Shown here: piece by piece, positions 1 to 8,819 of the stretch
How positions within the stretch are numbered: the first letter of the stretch is position 1
How the letters are laid out: every line of letters begins with the position of its first letter
The notes under the pieces: generated by a model
What the model saw: the letters and a program-made list of their open reading frames with translations, nothing else
Told to the model about the DNA's origin: nothing
The model's database searches: none
Translations under genes and position numbers: made by a program
Source: Planctomycetota bacterium
GTDB lineage: Bacteria; Planctomycetota; UBA1135; UBA2386
Direction: 5' to 3'
NCBI GenBank assembly: GCA_046290465.1
Contig: JBKAGP010000001.1
Coordinates: 6,400,001 to 6,464,000 of the forward strand
DNA: 64,000 nucleotides

Positions 1-380
1 CCGCGCGTCAGTTCGGCGAGCGCATCGACGAACGAACCGGGATCGAGCCGCTGCAGCACCCGCCGGCAGTTGCCGGCCAGGTTGCGCGCGGTGTCGGTGT
101 TCTGGGCCGGCTGCAGCTTCTCGAGCAGCAGCGGCACCACGCTGTCGCCGAGCTGCGCGGCCTCGGCGATGCGGCCGTCGAGGAACTCGCGGTTGTTGCC
201 GTAGTCGAGCGACAGGTCCGCCCAGAACGGCTCCAGCGCCGCGACCTGCTTGGGCCGCAGCCGTTCGGCGCGCGCGCGCGCCACTTCGGGCAGATCGCGG
301 AGCGAGACCTGGGCCGAGGCGGCGGCGAACGGGATCAGGATCAGGACGGTGGCGAGCAGAGGGGTCGGGCGCACGCGCAT
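1..380 (-). CDS. 5' part of an exported helical (HEAT-like) protein, runs off the window edge
   Basis: Manual translation from ATG at 380: MRVRPTPLLATVLILIPFAAASAQ (signal peptide) ...LGDSVVPLLLEKL..., open to position 1; TACACT -10 box 6 nt upstream. Confidence 0.6.
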   Translation of the reverse strand, partial: MRVRPTPLLATVLILIPFAAASAQVSLRDLPEVARARAERLRPKQVAALEPFWADLSLDYGNNREFLDGRIAEAAQLGDSVVPLLLEKLQPAQNTDTARNLAGNCRRVLQRLDPGSFVDALAELTR

Positions 381-591
381 CGCTGCAGTGTAGGCCTTGG
401 TGGGGGGCGTTGGCCAGCGGGCGCCTTCAGTCGCCGCGCGGAGCGTCCGATGAGAAGGGCATGTGGAACTACGTGCTGCGACACCGCATCCTGCTGCGCG
501 CCATCTACGCGCGCTCCGAGGCCCTCGAGGCGGCCTGAGCGATCGGCGCGCCGGCCTTGCGGATCTGCCCGTCTGGCTTAGCGTCAGGTGC

Positions 592-1068
592 ATGGAGCGG
601 GCTTTCGACATCAGCGGGCGCTGGCGCGGGCACTACGAACAGGACGGCGGCAAGCACGGCATCAGCATGGAGGTCGCCCAGAGCGGTGGCAGCTTCGTCG
701 GGCGCATGCGCGACGAGGACACCATGATGAGCGGCACGACGCGCATGCCGGTCGTCGACGAGCAGGGCGCCGAGGCCGGCGTGCTCGACCTCGAGACGAT
801 GGGGGAGCTGCCCGAGTTCTCGATCGTCGAGGGCGACGTCGAGGGCGACCAGTTCGGCTTCGACAAGCGCTACGAGGGCACGCATACCGTGACCGCCTGG
901 AACGAGGACGTCGTCGAGGCGCAGTTCGAGATCCAGGAGCATCGGGTCCGCTACGAGGGCCAGATCGCCGCCGACGGCTCGTGCCTGCGCGGCGAGTGGC
1001 GGATCCCGTGCGGTGACGAGGACGGTAACGGCGACGCGGTCGGCAGCTTCGAGCTGTTCCGGCAGTGA
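592..1068 (+). CDS. hypothetical beta-rich protein
   Basis: ORF 463..1068; ATG 592 chosen (MERAFDISGRWRGHYEQ) because TAGCGT lies 7 nt upstream; codon usage typical. Confidence 0.65.
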   Translation: MERAFDISGRWRGHYEQDGGKHGISMEVAQSGGSFVGRMRDEDTMMSGTTRMPVVDEQGAEAGVLDLETMGELPEFSIVEGDVEGDQFGFDKRYEGTHTVTAWNEDVVEAQFEIQEHRVRYEGQIAADGSCLRGEWRIPCGDEDGNGDAVGSFELFRQ

Positions 1069-2912
1069 CCCGGAACGGTCCTTCGGGTATGCACGGCGCG
1101 GTGACCCGCGATTTCGACGTGATCGTCGTCGGCGGTGGCCACGCCGGAGTCGAAGCCGCGACCGCAGCCGCCCGCACGGGCGCGCGCACGGCGATGATCG
1201 TGCTGGATCCGGCCGCCATCGGCCGCATGTCCTGCAACCCGGCCATCGGCGGCCTGGCCAAGGGGCAACTGGTGCGCGAGGTCGACGCGCTCGGCGGCGA
1301 GATGGGGGTGGTGACCGACGCGACCGGCATCCAGTTCCGCATGCTCAACACGAGCAAGGGGCCGGCGGTGCGCTCGCCGCGCGCGCAGTGCGACCGCGAC
1401 GCCTACAACCACGTGATGGCGAAGCGGGTGCTCGGCTACCCGAACGTCACCGTGCTCGGCGCCGAGGCGGTCGGCTTCGCGACCACGCGGGGCGGCACCG
1501 CGGTCGCCGGCGTCGAACTGCACGACGGCAGCGTGCTGGCGGCGCCGGCGGTGGTGCTGACGACCGGCACGTTCCTCGGCGGCAAGCTGTTCGCCGGCAG
1601 CATCGAAAGGGCCGGCGGCCGCCACGGCGAGCCGGCCGCGTCGCGCATCAGCGAGGCCCTGCGGCAGTTCGGCATCCGCCTCGGTCGGCACAAGACCGGC
1701 ACACCGCCGCGGCTGCGCAAGTCGACGATCGACTTCGAGGGCATGGAGATCCAGCCCGGCGACGACCCGCCGGTGCCGTTCTCGTTCCGCACCGAGCAGC
1801 TCGACGTCGAGCAGCTGCACTGCTGGACCACGCGCACCAACGCCCGGACGCACGAGATCATCCGCGCGCACGCGCACGAGTCGCCGATGTTCCGCGGCGC
1901 GATCGTCGGCACCGGCCCGCGGTACTGCCCGAGCGTCGAGGACAAGGTGGTGCGCTTCGCCGACCAGGACAGCCACCCGGTGTTCCTCGAGCCGGAGGGG
2001 CGCGATTCGGACGAGATCTACCCCAACGGCATCAGCACCAGCCTGCCGCCGAACGTGCAGATGGAGTTCCTGCGCACGATCCCCGGCCTCGAGAACGTCG
2101 AGCTGCTGCGGCCGGGCTACGCGGTCGAGTACGACTACATCCTGACCGAGCAGCTGCGCGGCGACTTGCACGTGGCGACGCTGCGAGGGCTGTTCGCGGC
2201 CGGCCAGATCAATGGCACCAGCGGCTACGAGGAGGCTGCCGGCCAGGGGCTGGTCGCCGGCCTCAACGCCGCGCGCTACAGCCGCGGGGAGGACCCGGTC
2301 GTGATCGACCGCGCCACCGGCTACCTCGGCGTGATGATCGACGACCTGTGCCGCGTCAACCCGGACGAGCCGTATCGGATGTTCACCAGCCGCGCCGAGT
2401 TCCGGCTGCTGCTGCGCAGCGACAACGCCGACCGTCGGCTGACGCCGCTCGGCGAGCAGTGGGGGATCGTCTCGTCGGACCTCGCCGACCGGGCGCGCCA
2501 GAAGGAGGCCAACATCCGTGCGGCGAAGAAGTGGCTCGACCAGACGCGGCGCGACGACGGCAAGACGTTGACCGAGTGGCTGCGGCGACCGGAGATCGGC
2601 GTCCCCGACGTGCTGGCGTGCGACGAGACGTTCGCCGGCATGCAGCTGACGCCGGCCGAGCTGGCCGAGGTCGAGGCCGAGGTCAAGTACGAGGGCTACA
2701 TCAAGCGCCAGGCGATGGAGGTCGAGCGGCTGCAGCGGCTCGAGTCCCGGCGGATCCCCGAGCGCTTCGACTACGACCGGGTCACCGGGCTGAGCGCCGA
2801 GGCGCGCGCCCGCCTCGAGCAGCGGCGGCCGTTGACGCTCGGCGAGGCCTCGCGCGTCGCCGGGGTCCGCCAGGCGGACGTGCAGCTGCTGCTGGTCGTT
2901 TTGAGTCGCTGA
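1065..2912 (+). CDS. mnmG: tRNA uridine-5-carboxymethylaminomethyl(34) synthesis enzyme MnmG/GidA
   Basis: GGGHAGVEAA, MSCNPAIGGLAKGQLVREVDALGG, GPRYCPSVEDK, GQINGTSGYEEAAGQG, EPYRMFTSRAEFRL; true start may be 1089 or 1101. Confidence 0.97.
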   Translation: MTRNGPSGMHGAVTRDFDVIVVGGGHAGVEAATAAARTGARTAMIVLDPAAIGRMSCNPAIGGLAKGQLVREVDALGGEMGVVTDATGIQFRMLNTSKGPAVRSPRAQCDRDAYNHVMAKRVLGYPNVTVLGAEAVGFATTRGGTAVAGVELHDGSVLAAPAVVLTTGTFLGGKLFAGSIERAGGRHGEPAASRISEALRQFGIRLGRHKTGTPPRLRKSTIDFEGMEIQPGDDPPVPFSFRTEQLDVEQLHCWTTRTNARTHEIIRAHAHESPMFRGAIVGTGPRYCPSVEDKVVRFADQDSHPVFLEPEGRDSDEIYPNGISTSLPPNVQMEFLRTIPGLENVELLRPGYAVEYDYILTEQLRGDLHVATLRGLFAAGQINGTSGYEEAAGQGLVAGLNAARYSRGEDPVVIDRATGYLGVMIDDLCRVNPDEPYRMFTSRAEFRLLLRSDNADRRLTPLGEQWGIVSSDLADRARQKEANIRAAKKWLDQTRRDDGKTLTEWLRRPEIGVPDVLACDETFAGMQLTPAELAEVEAEVKYEGYIKRQAMEVERLQRLESRRIPERFDYDRVTGLSAEARARLEQRRPLTLGEASRVAGVRQADVQLLLVVLSR

Positions 2913-2999
2913 GTTACGGCCGTGGGGGCGGTCGCGGTGCCCGTCGGTGCCCGGGCGACGTTCCGCCAGCAGCGCAACGGGTGGCGACGTAGCAAGCCC

Positions 3000-4001
3000 A
3001 TGCGAAGGATCCTGCTCGTCCCGTTCTGCGCGCTGGCCCTGGTGGCCGCCGCGTTCGCCCAGAAGACCACCGATGCTGCCGCCGAGGCGCGCAGCGCCGC
3101 CGCTGCCGCCTGGAGCGCGCAGAAGTGGCAGGCCGCGTCGGCCAACTACCGCAAGGTCGTCGAGCACGATCCGAAGGACGGCCAGGCCTGGCATCGGCTC
3201 GGCTACGCGCTGCACGCCCAGGGGCGCCTCGACGAGGCGCTGCAGGCGCACGAACGCACGCTGGCCTTTCCGGCGTTCGCCCCGACCGGCGCTTACAACG
3301 CCGCGTGCGTCTACGCCCTCAAGGGCGACAAGGACAAGGCGTTCGAGTGGCTCGAGAAGTCGGTGCAGCGCGGCATGAACAACCCGCAGCAGTTCGCCGG
3401 TGACCGCGACCTCGACAGCCTGCGCGACGACCCGCGCTACGCCGCGGTGATCGCCAAGGTCAAGGAGAACGCCAGCAAGGAGCAGCTGCAGGTGTTCGCG
3501 CAGACGACCGAACGCAAGCGCAACCGCCTGGTCTGGTTCGCCAACAACCGTTCGCCGGGGCAGCTGTCGGTCGAGTACGGCGCCGTCCCGTGGCAGGCGA
3601 AGTTCGCGGCGATGGTCGACGACGAGAGCACGTTGGGCAGGAAGTGGCGCCTCGGCGCCGACTTCTGGACCTCGCTCGACACGTCGCTGCCGATGACCGT
3701 CGGCGGCACCGAGATCGCGCCGGGCTACTACTACCTGACGCTCGAGCGACGTGAGGGCGGCGCGTTCGTGCTGGCGCTGCACGACGCGGCCAAGGTCAAG
3801 CAGCGGAAGCTCGACGCGTTCGTCGCGCACCTGCTGAAGGGCGGCATCGAGGTGCCGATGCAGCACGAGGCCGGCGCCGACGTCGCCGAGCGCCTGTCGA
3901 TCGAGTTCGTGCTCGACGAGGGCCAGGACCGGGGCCACCTGCGCATCGCGTTCGGTCCGCACCGCCTCGCGGCCAAGGCGAAGGTCGAGCTCGGCCAGTA
4001 G
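3000..4001 (+). CDS. exported TPR protein with C-terminal DUF2911-like domain
   Basis: Signal peptide; TPRs (AWHRLGYAL, AYNAACVYALKGDKDKAFEWL, DRDLDSLRDDPRY); C-terminal VEYG..W..WRLGAD..T..GGTEIAPGYY. Confidence 0.7.
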   Translation: MRRILLVPFCALALVAAAFAQKTTDAAAEARSAAAAAWSAQKWQAASANYRKVVEHDPKDGQAWHRLGYALHAQGRLDEALQAHERTLAFPAFAPTGAYNAACVYALKGDKDKAFEWLEKSVQRGMNNPQQFAGDRDLDSLRDDPRYAAVIAKVKENASKEQLQVFAQTTERKRNRLVWFANNRSPGQLSVEYGAVPWQAKFAAMVDDESTLGRKWRLGADFWTSLDTSLPMTVGGTEIAPGYYYLTLERREGGAFVLALHDAAKVKQRKLDAFVAHLLKGGIEVPMQHEAGADVAERLSIEFVLDEGQDRGHLRIAFGPHRLAAKAKVELGQ

Positions 4002-4028
4002 CGCATCGGCCAGTAGCGCATCGGCCAG
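3991..4028. repeat. 15-bp tandem repeat (tcggccagtagcgca x2.5) spanning the stop codon
   Basis: Read directly. Confidence 0.85.
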
Positions 4029-4049
4029 GGGCGACGGGCTGCGGCCCGA

Positions 4050-4652
4050 TCAGGCCAGCAGGTCGACGCGCGGGTCGCCGGCCTGCTGCTGCCGCCGCGC
4101 GGCGGCCGCATATTGCGCGGCCTTGGCCGCGACCGCGCGGTCCGGCCCCGACGGCGACGACGGTGCGTTGGCGGCGCGCTGCGCGCGCTCCATGTTGCGC
4201 ACGGTCTGCTCGGGCGTGTCGCCGCTCTGCAGGCGGATGTCGACCGAGCCACCGATGGCGTAGCGCTTGCCGTCGGGGCCGGTCTGGTAGGTGTAGGCGA
4301 CGCCGCCGACGGCGAGGTCTCCGGCTGCGGCCTGGTGGGCCTGTTCGTGGGCACGCACCTCGCGGTCGCGCGCCTCGAGTTCGCGCAGCATCTGCCGCTC
4401 GCCGTCGTCCAGGTCCCGCTCGTCGGCCGGCACCGCGAAGTCCTCGTCGCGTTGCTGCTGCGCGCGCTCCCGGCCGCGCAGGTTGCGGGCCGCCTCGCTG
4501 ATCGTCGCCACGTCGACGTCCGCCAGCGTCTTCGGCGTCGGCCCCGTCGCCGTCCGCGGTTCCCGGACCTGCGGCTGCAGCGCCGCCACGTCGGCTCGCC
4601 GATCGACGACCCGCAGGCCGAACACACCAGCCTGCAGCGTCGAGGCATTCAC
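4050..4652 (-). CDS. SprA-related family protein (putative metalloprotease)
   Basis: DREVRAHEQAH, YQTGPDGKRYAIGGSVDI, AANAPSSPSGPDRAVAA; start uncertain (GTG 4652 or 4733). Confidence 0.8.
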   Translation of the reverse strand: MNASTLQAGVFGLRVVDRRADVAALQPQVREPRTATGPTPKTLADVDVATISEAARNLRGRERAQQQRDEDFAVPADERDLDDGERQMLRELEARDREVRAHEQAHQAAAGDLAVGGVAYTYQTGPDGKRYAIGGSVDIRLQSGDTPEQTVRNMERAQRAANAPSSPSGPDRAVAAKAAQYAAAARRQQQAGDPRVDLLA

Positions 4653-4736
4653 CCCCGCGCTATCGGAACCCGACCTGACCGACCTCCCGTATGCCCACCA
4701 ACCCCCGCTGCCACCGACCGTTCCCGTCACCACATA

Positions 4737-4787
4737 CGCAAGTCCGGTTCCGCAACGTCAGTTTTGCGAGCAGACCCTACGGACCGG
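4737..4787. repeat. intergenic palindromic repeat, family B copy
   Basis: gcaagtccggttccg...gcgagcagaccctacggaccg resembles copies at 10512, 36287 and 57270. Confidence 0.55.
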
Positions 4788-4851
4788 CCCGGGGGGGGGC
4801 GGTGGTCGGGGCTGGTCCGACCGAACGGGGGGCGCCGTCGAGCGCCGGTCC

Positions 4852-5451
4852 CTACATCTGCAGCACGGCCTTGACGATCGCCTCGGTGTCGGCGTCGGGG
4901 CCTTGCTTCTTGCGGGCCTTGTCGACCTTGGTGCGCGCGTCGTTCTCCTTGAAGCCCAGCGTCACCAGCGCGGCGATCGCGTCGTCGTCGTCGCTCGTGG
5001 CGGTCGGCACCGGATCGGCCGCGTCGCCAGCGACCGGCGCGCCGAGGTCGAGCTTGGTGACGACCTCGCGCAGTTCGAGGCAGATGCGTTCGGCGGTCTT
5101 CTGGCCGACGCCCTTGACCGCCTTCAGCGCCGCGGCGTCGTCGGCCGCGATGCGCGCGGCGAGGTCGCGCGGCGTGTAGACGCTCAGCAGCGCCAGCGCG
5201 ATCGCCGGGCCGACGTTGGTCACCGCCAGCAGGCGCCGGGCGAGTTCGCGTTCGGCCTGCGTCGAGAAGCCGAGCAGCGACGGCGTGCCGTCGACGACGT
5301 TGAGGATCGTGAACAGCTTCTGCGTCTGCCCGACGGCCAGGTCACTGGCCGAGTTCAGGCTGACGCGAACGTCGTAGCCGACCCCCGCGCAGCGAACGAC
5401 CGCGCGCGAGGCGTGCTTCTCGACGATCTCTCCGAGGAGGTGGTCGTACAC
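4852..5451 (-). CDS. ruvA: Holliday junction branch migration protein RuvA
   Basis: GVGYDV, VTNVGPAIAL, VKGVGQKTAERICLEL, DAIAALVTLGF. Confidence 0.95.
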   Translation of the reverse strand: MYDHLLGEIVEKHASRAVVRCAGVGYDVRVSLNSASDLAVGQTQKLFTILNVVDGTPSLLGFSTQAERELARRLLAVTNVGPAIALALLSVYTPRDLAARIAADDAAALKAVKGVGQKTAERICLELREVVTKLDLGAPVAGDAADPVPTATSDDDDAIAALVTLGFKENDARTKVDKARKKQGPDADTEAIVKAVLQM

Positions 5452-5466
5452 CTGGTGCGCCGTGCG

Positions 5467-6780
5467 TCAGCCGCGCAGCGACAGGCCGAACTCGTCGAGC
5501 TTCGTCTTGATCTCGTTGAGCGAGGTCTGGCCGAAGTTCGGGCACGCCAGCAGCTCGGCTTCCGTCTTGCCGGCGAGGTCGCCGATCGTGCGGATCTTGA
5601 GCAGGTCGACGATGCGGCGCGAACGCACCGACAGGTCGAGCTCGCTGATCGGGCGGCGCGCCGGGTCCGGGCTGTTCGGGTCGGCGACCTCTTCGGGCGC
5701 GGCCGGCGCGGCTTCGGCTTCGCCGAGGTCGCGGTGCATCAGCTCGTCGTTGGTCATGCCGAGGCGCAGACCCTTGTTCTTGAGGATCTCCTTGATCTCG
5801 GTCAGCGACGTCTCGCCGAAGTTCTTGTAGCTCAGCAGCTCGGCCTCGGTCTTCTTGACCAGGTCGCCGAGCGTGCGGATGTTCATCTTCGCGAGGCAGT
5901 TGCGCGACCGCACCGACAGCTCGAAGTCGTTGATCGGGGTGCGCAGGAGCTTGTTGCGCTTGTCGTCGCGGCGCTCCTGGTCCTCGTCGTAGTACATGTT
6001 CAGCGCGGCGGCTGCATCACGACGGTAGAGGCGCGCGCGCGCGTTGTCCGGGTGGGCCTGCAGCGCGAGGTCGAAGCACTGCATCGCGCGTCGGTAGTTG
6101 CCCATGTCCTCGTAGAGGATGCCGAGGTTGAGCACGCAGGCGATGTTGACCGGCGGCGACATCAGCGAACGCTCGTAGAGTTCGCGCGCCTCCTCGTCCT
6201 CACCGCGAAGGTCGACGTTGAGCGCCAGGCGAAACAGCGCCTGCTTGTGGTCCTCTTCCTGCGAGAGCACCTCGTCGTAGCATGCGATCGCGCCCTCGAC
6301 GTCGCGCTCCATCTCGGCGACGCGACCCCGGAAGTAGGTCTGCTCCATCGCCGGCAGCACGCCGCCGATCTTGGCGAACTGCTCGATCAGGTCGGTCGAG
6401 TTGTTCGCGTCGAGCGCGCGCAGCCAGACGATCGCCTGCTGGGCGTCGGTCTCGCGGTTCGTCAGCGTGGCCTGCACCTTGTCGAGCTGGCCGAGCGACG
6501 CGTAGCAGTCGGCGAGGCAGAGCCTGGCGACCTCGCTCTTCTCGTCGGCGAGCAGCGTGACGGCGTCTTCGTGACGGCCGAGGGCCCACATGGCGATACC
6601 GCGCGCCGCGCCCTGCGCGAGCGGGTGCGACAGCCAGTCACGCAGCTGCTCGAACGAATCCACCGTCCGGAACGCCGCCTTCCGGAAGGCCTCGAGCTTC
6701 TCGGGCGTCAGCTCGCCGGCGAGCATCGCGGTGGGGTCCAGCGTGGGCTGGGGTTCCGGGACCAGATCCGTTTCCGTCAT
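5467..6780 (-). CDS. TPR protein with two tandem RNA polymerase alpha C-terminal domains
   Basis: TPRs (NLGILYEDMGNYRRAMQCF) followed by ELSVRSRNCL...KNFGETSLTEIK and DLSVRSRRIV...PNFGQTSLNEIK; no alpha N-terminal domain, so not rpoA. Confidence 0.88.
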   Translation of the reverse strand: MTETDLVPEPQPTLDPTAMLAGELTPEKLEAFRKAAFRTVDSFEQLRDWLSHPLAQGAARGIAMWALGRHEDAVTLLADEKSEVARLCLADCYASLGQLDKVQATLTNRETDAQQAIVWLRALDANNSTDLIEQFAKIGGVLPAMEQTYFRGRVAEMERDVEGAIACYDEVLSQEEDHKQALFRLALNVDLRGEDEEARELYERSLMSPPVNIACVLNLGILYEDMGNYRRAMQCFDLALQAHPDNARARLYRRDAAAALNMYYDEDQERRDDKRNKLLRTPINDFELSVRSRNCLAKMNIRTLGDLVKKTEAELLSYKNFGETSLTEIKEILKNKGLRLGMTNDELMHRDLGEAEAAPAAPEEVADPNSPDPARRPISELDLSVRSRRIVDLLKIRTIGDLAGKTEAELLACPNFGQTSLNEIKTKLDEFGLSLRG

Positions 6781-6885
6781 CGTCGTGTTGCCACAGGGGT
6801 CGGCTCGACTGCCGTCATCATGCCGGCAGACCGAACGCGCTTCGGGGGGTCGGAGGAGTTCCCCGACCTCGAGAAAAGGCCGCAT

Positions 6886-6915
6886 AGCCTAGTGGGCGGC
6901 CCCCCGAATGGTCAA
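6886..6915 (-). promoter_or_regulatory. putative sigma70 promoter TTGACC-18-TAGGCT for the TPR-alphaCTD/ruvA unit
   Basis: Read on the minus strand; the -35 region is duplicated (atggtcaagaaat at 6908 and 6924). Confidence 0.55.
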
Positions 6916-6927
6916 GAAATCGTATGG

Positions 6928-8208
6928 TCAAGAAATTGCAGGGCCGTTGGCCACGTCGGCGTAGACCCCGGCGAGTTCTTCGGCCATCGCGGCGAAGCCG
7001 CGGGCACGGCCGCGGCAGCCGGCGATGTACTTGCGGAGCAGCGAGCGATCCTCGGCCAGTTCGCGGATCGCCGCCGCCCAGGCCGGGGCGTCGCCGGGCG
7101 GCAGAACCCGGCCCTGGACCCGGTCCTCGACGGCGTCCTGCAGGCCGCCGACCCGGCTGACCAGCACCGGCCGCGCCGCCGCCAGCGCCTCGCGAACGGT
7201 CAGGCCGAACGCCTCGTGCCAGCGCGCCGGCGCCGCCAGCACGTCGATCGTCGCGATCCGGCCCGGCATCTCCGCGAGCGAGTAGGGACCGTGGTAGGTG
7301 ACGTTGGAGCCGGGCTGCAGCTTCATGAAGCACTTCGTCAGGAAGCTCTCGTCGCCGTGGTAGGGCACCGAGTTGCCGTGCACGTGCAGTTCGACCATGC
7401 CCGGCGGCAGCTGCAGCACGGCGTCGAGCAGCACGTCGAGGCCCTTGGACGGCATCAGCGTGCCGAAGTAGCCGAGCCGCAGCGGGCCGGGGCCGCCGGT
7501 GGGGGCCGGCAGCTGTTCTAGGTTGTCGGTGTCGACGCCGTTCTCGACCACCGTGAACCGCGACGCGGGCACGCCCAGCGCCGCGAACGGCGGGATCACG
7601 CGCGCGCTCGGCACGACCAGCCGCTGCGGGATGGCCAGGAACCCGCGCGCCCGCTCCTGCAGGTCCATGACCTGCCGGTGCGGTTCGTCCTGCAGCCACC
7701 ACGGGAACGTCTGCTTCAGGCACGGCCGGCAGCGCTCGACGTCGGCGGTCTCGCAGACCGAGCCGTCGTGGTGGAACATCTGGCCGCGCGGGCAGAACGT
7801 CCAGTAGTCGTGCAGCGTCAGCACGGTCGGGATCCCGGCGTCGCGCAGGGCGGCCAGCGAGTCGACCGACATGCCGGTCAGGTGGTGCACGTGGGCGACG
7901 TCGAACGCGACGCCGGCGTCCGTTCGCGCCTTTACGAACGCGGCGGTCGCGGCGGCCATCGGTTGGCACCGGTACATCGCCGCGAGCGAGTCGACGCCCT
8001 CCCAGCGGTAGGCGACCCGCCAGACGGTCGGATTGCCGTCCTGCTGCCGCTCGAACGTGCCCTGCGGCTTGCCCGGCAGATGCGCGCGGGCGAAGATCTC
8101 GACCTCGTGGCCCTGGGCGACCAGCGCCGCTGCCAGCCCGCTGACGTGCTGCTCGACCCCGCCGACGCTGTCGGGCGGCAAACCGTGGCTCAGCAGCAGG
8201 ATGCGCAT
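6928..8208 (-). CDS. glycosyltransferase family 4 (GT-B)
   Basis: GGVEQH, LTLHDYWTFCPRG, KGLDVL, HEAFGLTVREALAAARPV. Confidence 0.9.
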   Translation of the reverse strand: MRILLLSHGLPPDSVGGVEQHVSGLAAALVAQGHEVEIFARAHLPGKPQGTFERQQDGNPTVWRVAYRWEGVDSLAAMYRCQPMAAATAAFVKARTDAGVAFDVAHVHHLTGMSVDSLAALRDAGIPTVLTLHDYWTFCPRGQMFHHDGSVCETADVERCRPCLKQTFPWWLQDEPHRQVMDLQERARGFLAIPQRLVVPSARVIPPFAALGVPASRFTVVENGVDTDNLEQLPAPTGGPGPLRLGYFGTLMPSKGLDVLLDAVLQLPPGMVELHVHGNSVPYHGDESFLTKCFMKLQPGSNVTYHGPYSLAEMPGRIATIDVLAAPARWHEAFGLTVREALAAARPVLVSRVGGLQDAVEDRVQGRVLPPGDAPAWAAAIRELAEDRSLLRKYIAGCRGRARGFAAMAEELAGVYADVANGPAIS

Positions 8209-8293
8209 GCCAAGACGATGCCCCGCGGCGGCGGCGATTCAACGGCTCGGCGAGGGCGGTTGCAGGTGGGGCGGGGCGGATCCCGATCTACGG

Positions 8294-8322
8294 TTGACGG
8301 GGGTTGTCGGGATCGCTAGCCT
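8294..8322 (+). promoter_or_regulatory. sigma70 promoter TTGACG-17-TAGCCT upstream of rpmH
   Basis: Near-consensus hexamers with a 17-nt spacer, about 30 nt before ATG 8352. Confidence 0.65.
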
Positions 8323-8351
8323 GCTTCGCCCTCCGAACCCGGACTACCGCC

Positions 8352-8486
8352 ATGAAGCTCAAGGTCACCAACTCCAAGACGAAGCGCGCCAAGAAGGTCG
8401 GCTTCCGCACGCGCAGCAAGACCGCCGGCGGCCGCAAGATCATCAAGCGCAAGATCAAGCGCAGCGGCAAGTTCCGCGTCGGATAG
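8352..8486 (+). CDS. rpmH: 50S ribosomal protein bL34 (divergent)
   Basis: 44 aa, basic: SKTKRAKKVGFRTRSKTAGGRKII matches the L34 pattern KR...GFRxR..T..GR.. Confidence 0.8.
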   Translation: MKLKVTNSKTKRAKKVGFRTRSKTAGGRKIIKRKIKRSGKFRVG

Positions 8487-8819
8487 TCGGGAGGGCCGGC
8501 GGCGCTGGCTGCCCGGCCGCAGGTCTGTCCTGTCGTGCCCTACTCTGTCCTCGGCCACCGCTCGTCGGTCGGCCCCCCGACGGCTCCGTTGCCCACGTCG
8601 AGCCGCGCGGATCACGAAGATCCGCGCCACCATTCCGTCTTCGCCGAGGCTGCACCGCGCCGCACCGCGCCGCAGGCAGGACGTGCACGTTCGTCGGCGA
8701 GCCACGTCGGTTCGGCACACGCTGCGACCGATGGGCCTCCCGGCAGCGACCGTCTGGCCGAGGCGCGCGTCGCCCCGGTCGCTCCGGCTGCCGCTATGCT
8801 CGCGCGCGGAGGAATCCCG

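Noticed and set aside
5467..6780. rpoA
   Set aside because: No alpha N-terminal domain; not in a ribosomal protein operon
8487..8819. ncRNA or rnpA downstream of rpmH; ccgcaggtctg at about 8517 resembles the SECIS
   Set aside because: No RnpA-like ORF and no SRP or RNase P motifs; only a GC hairpin at about 8605-8627; the 11-mer has no in-frame UGA context (rpmH ends in TAG)
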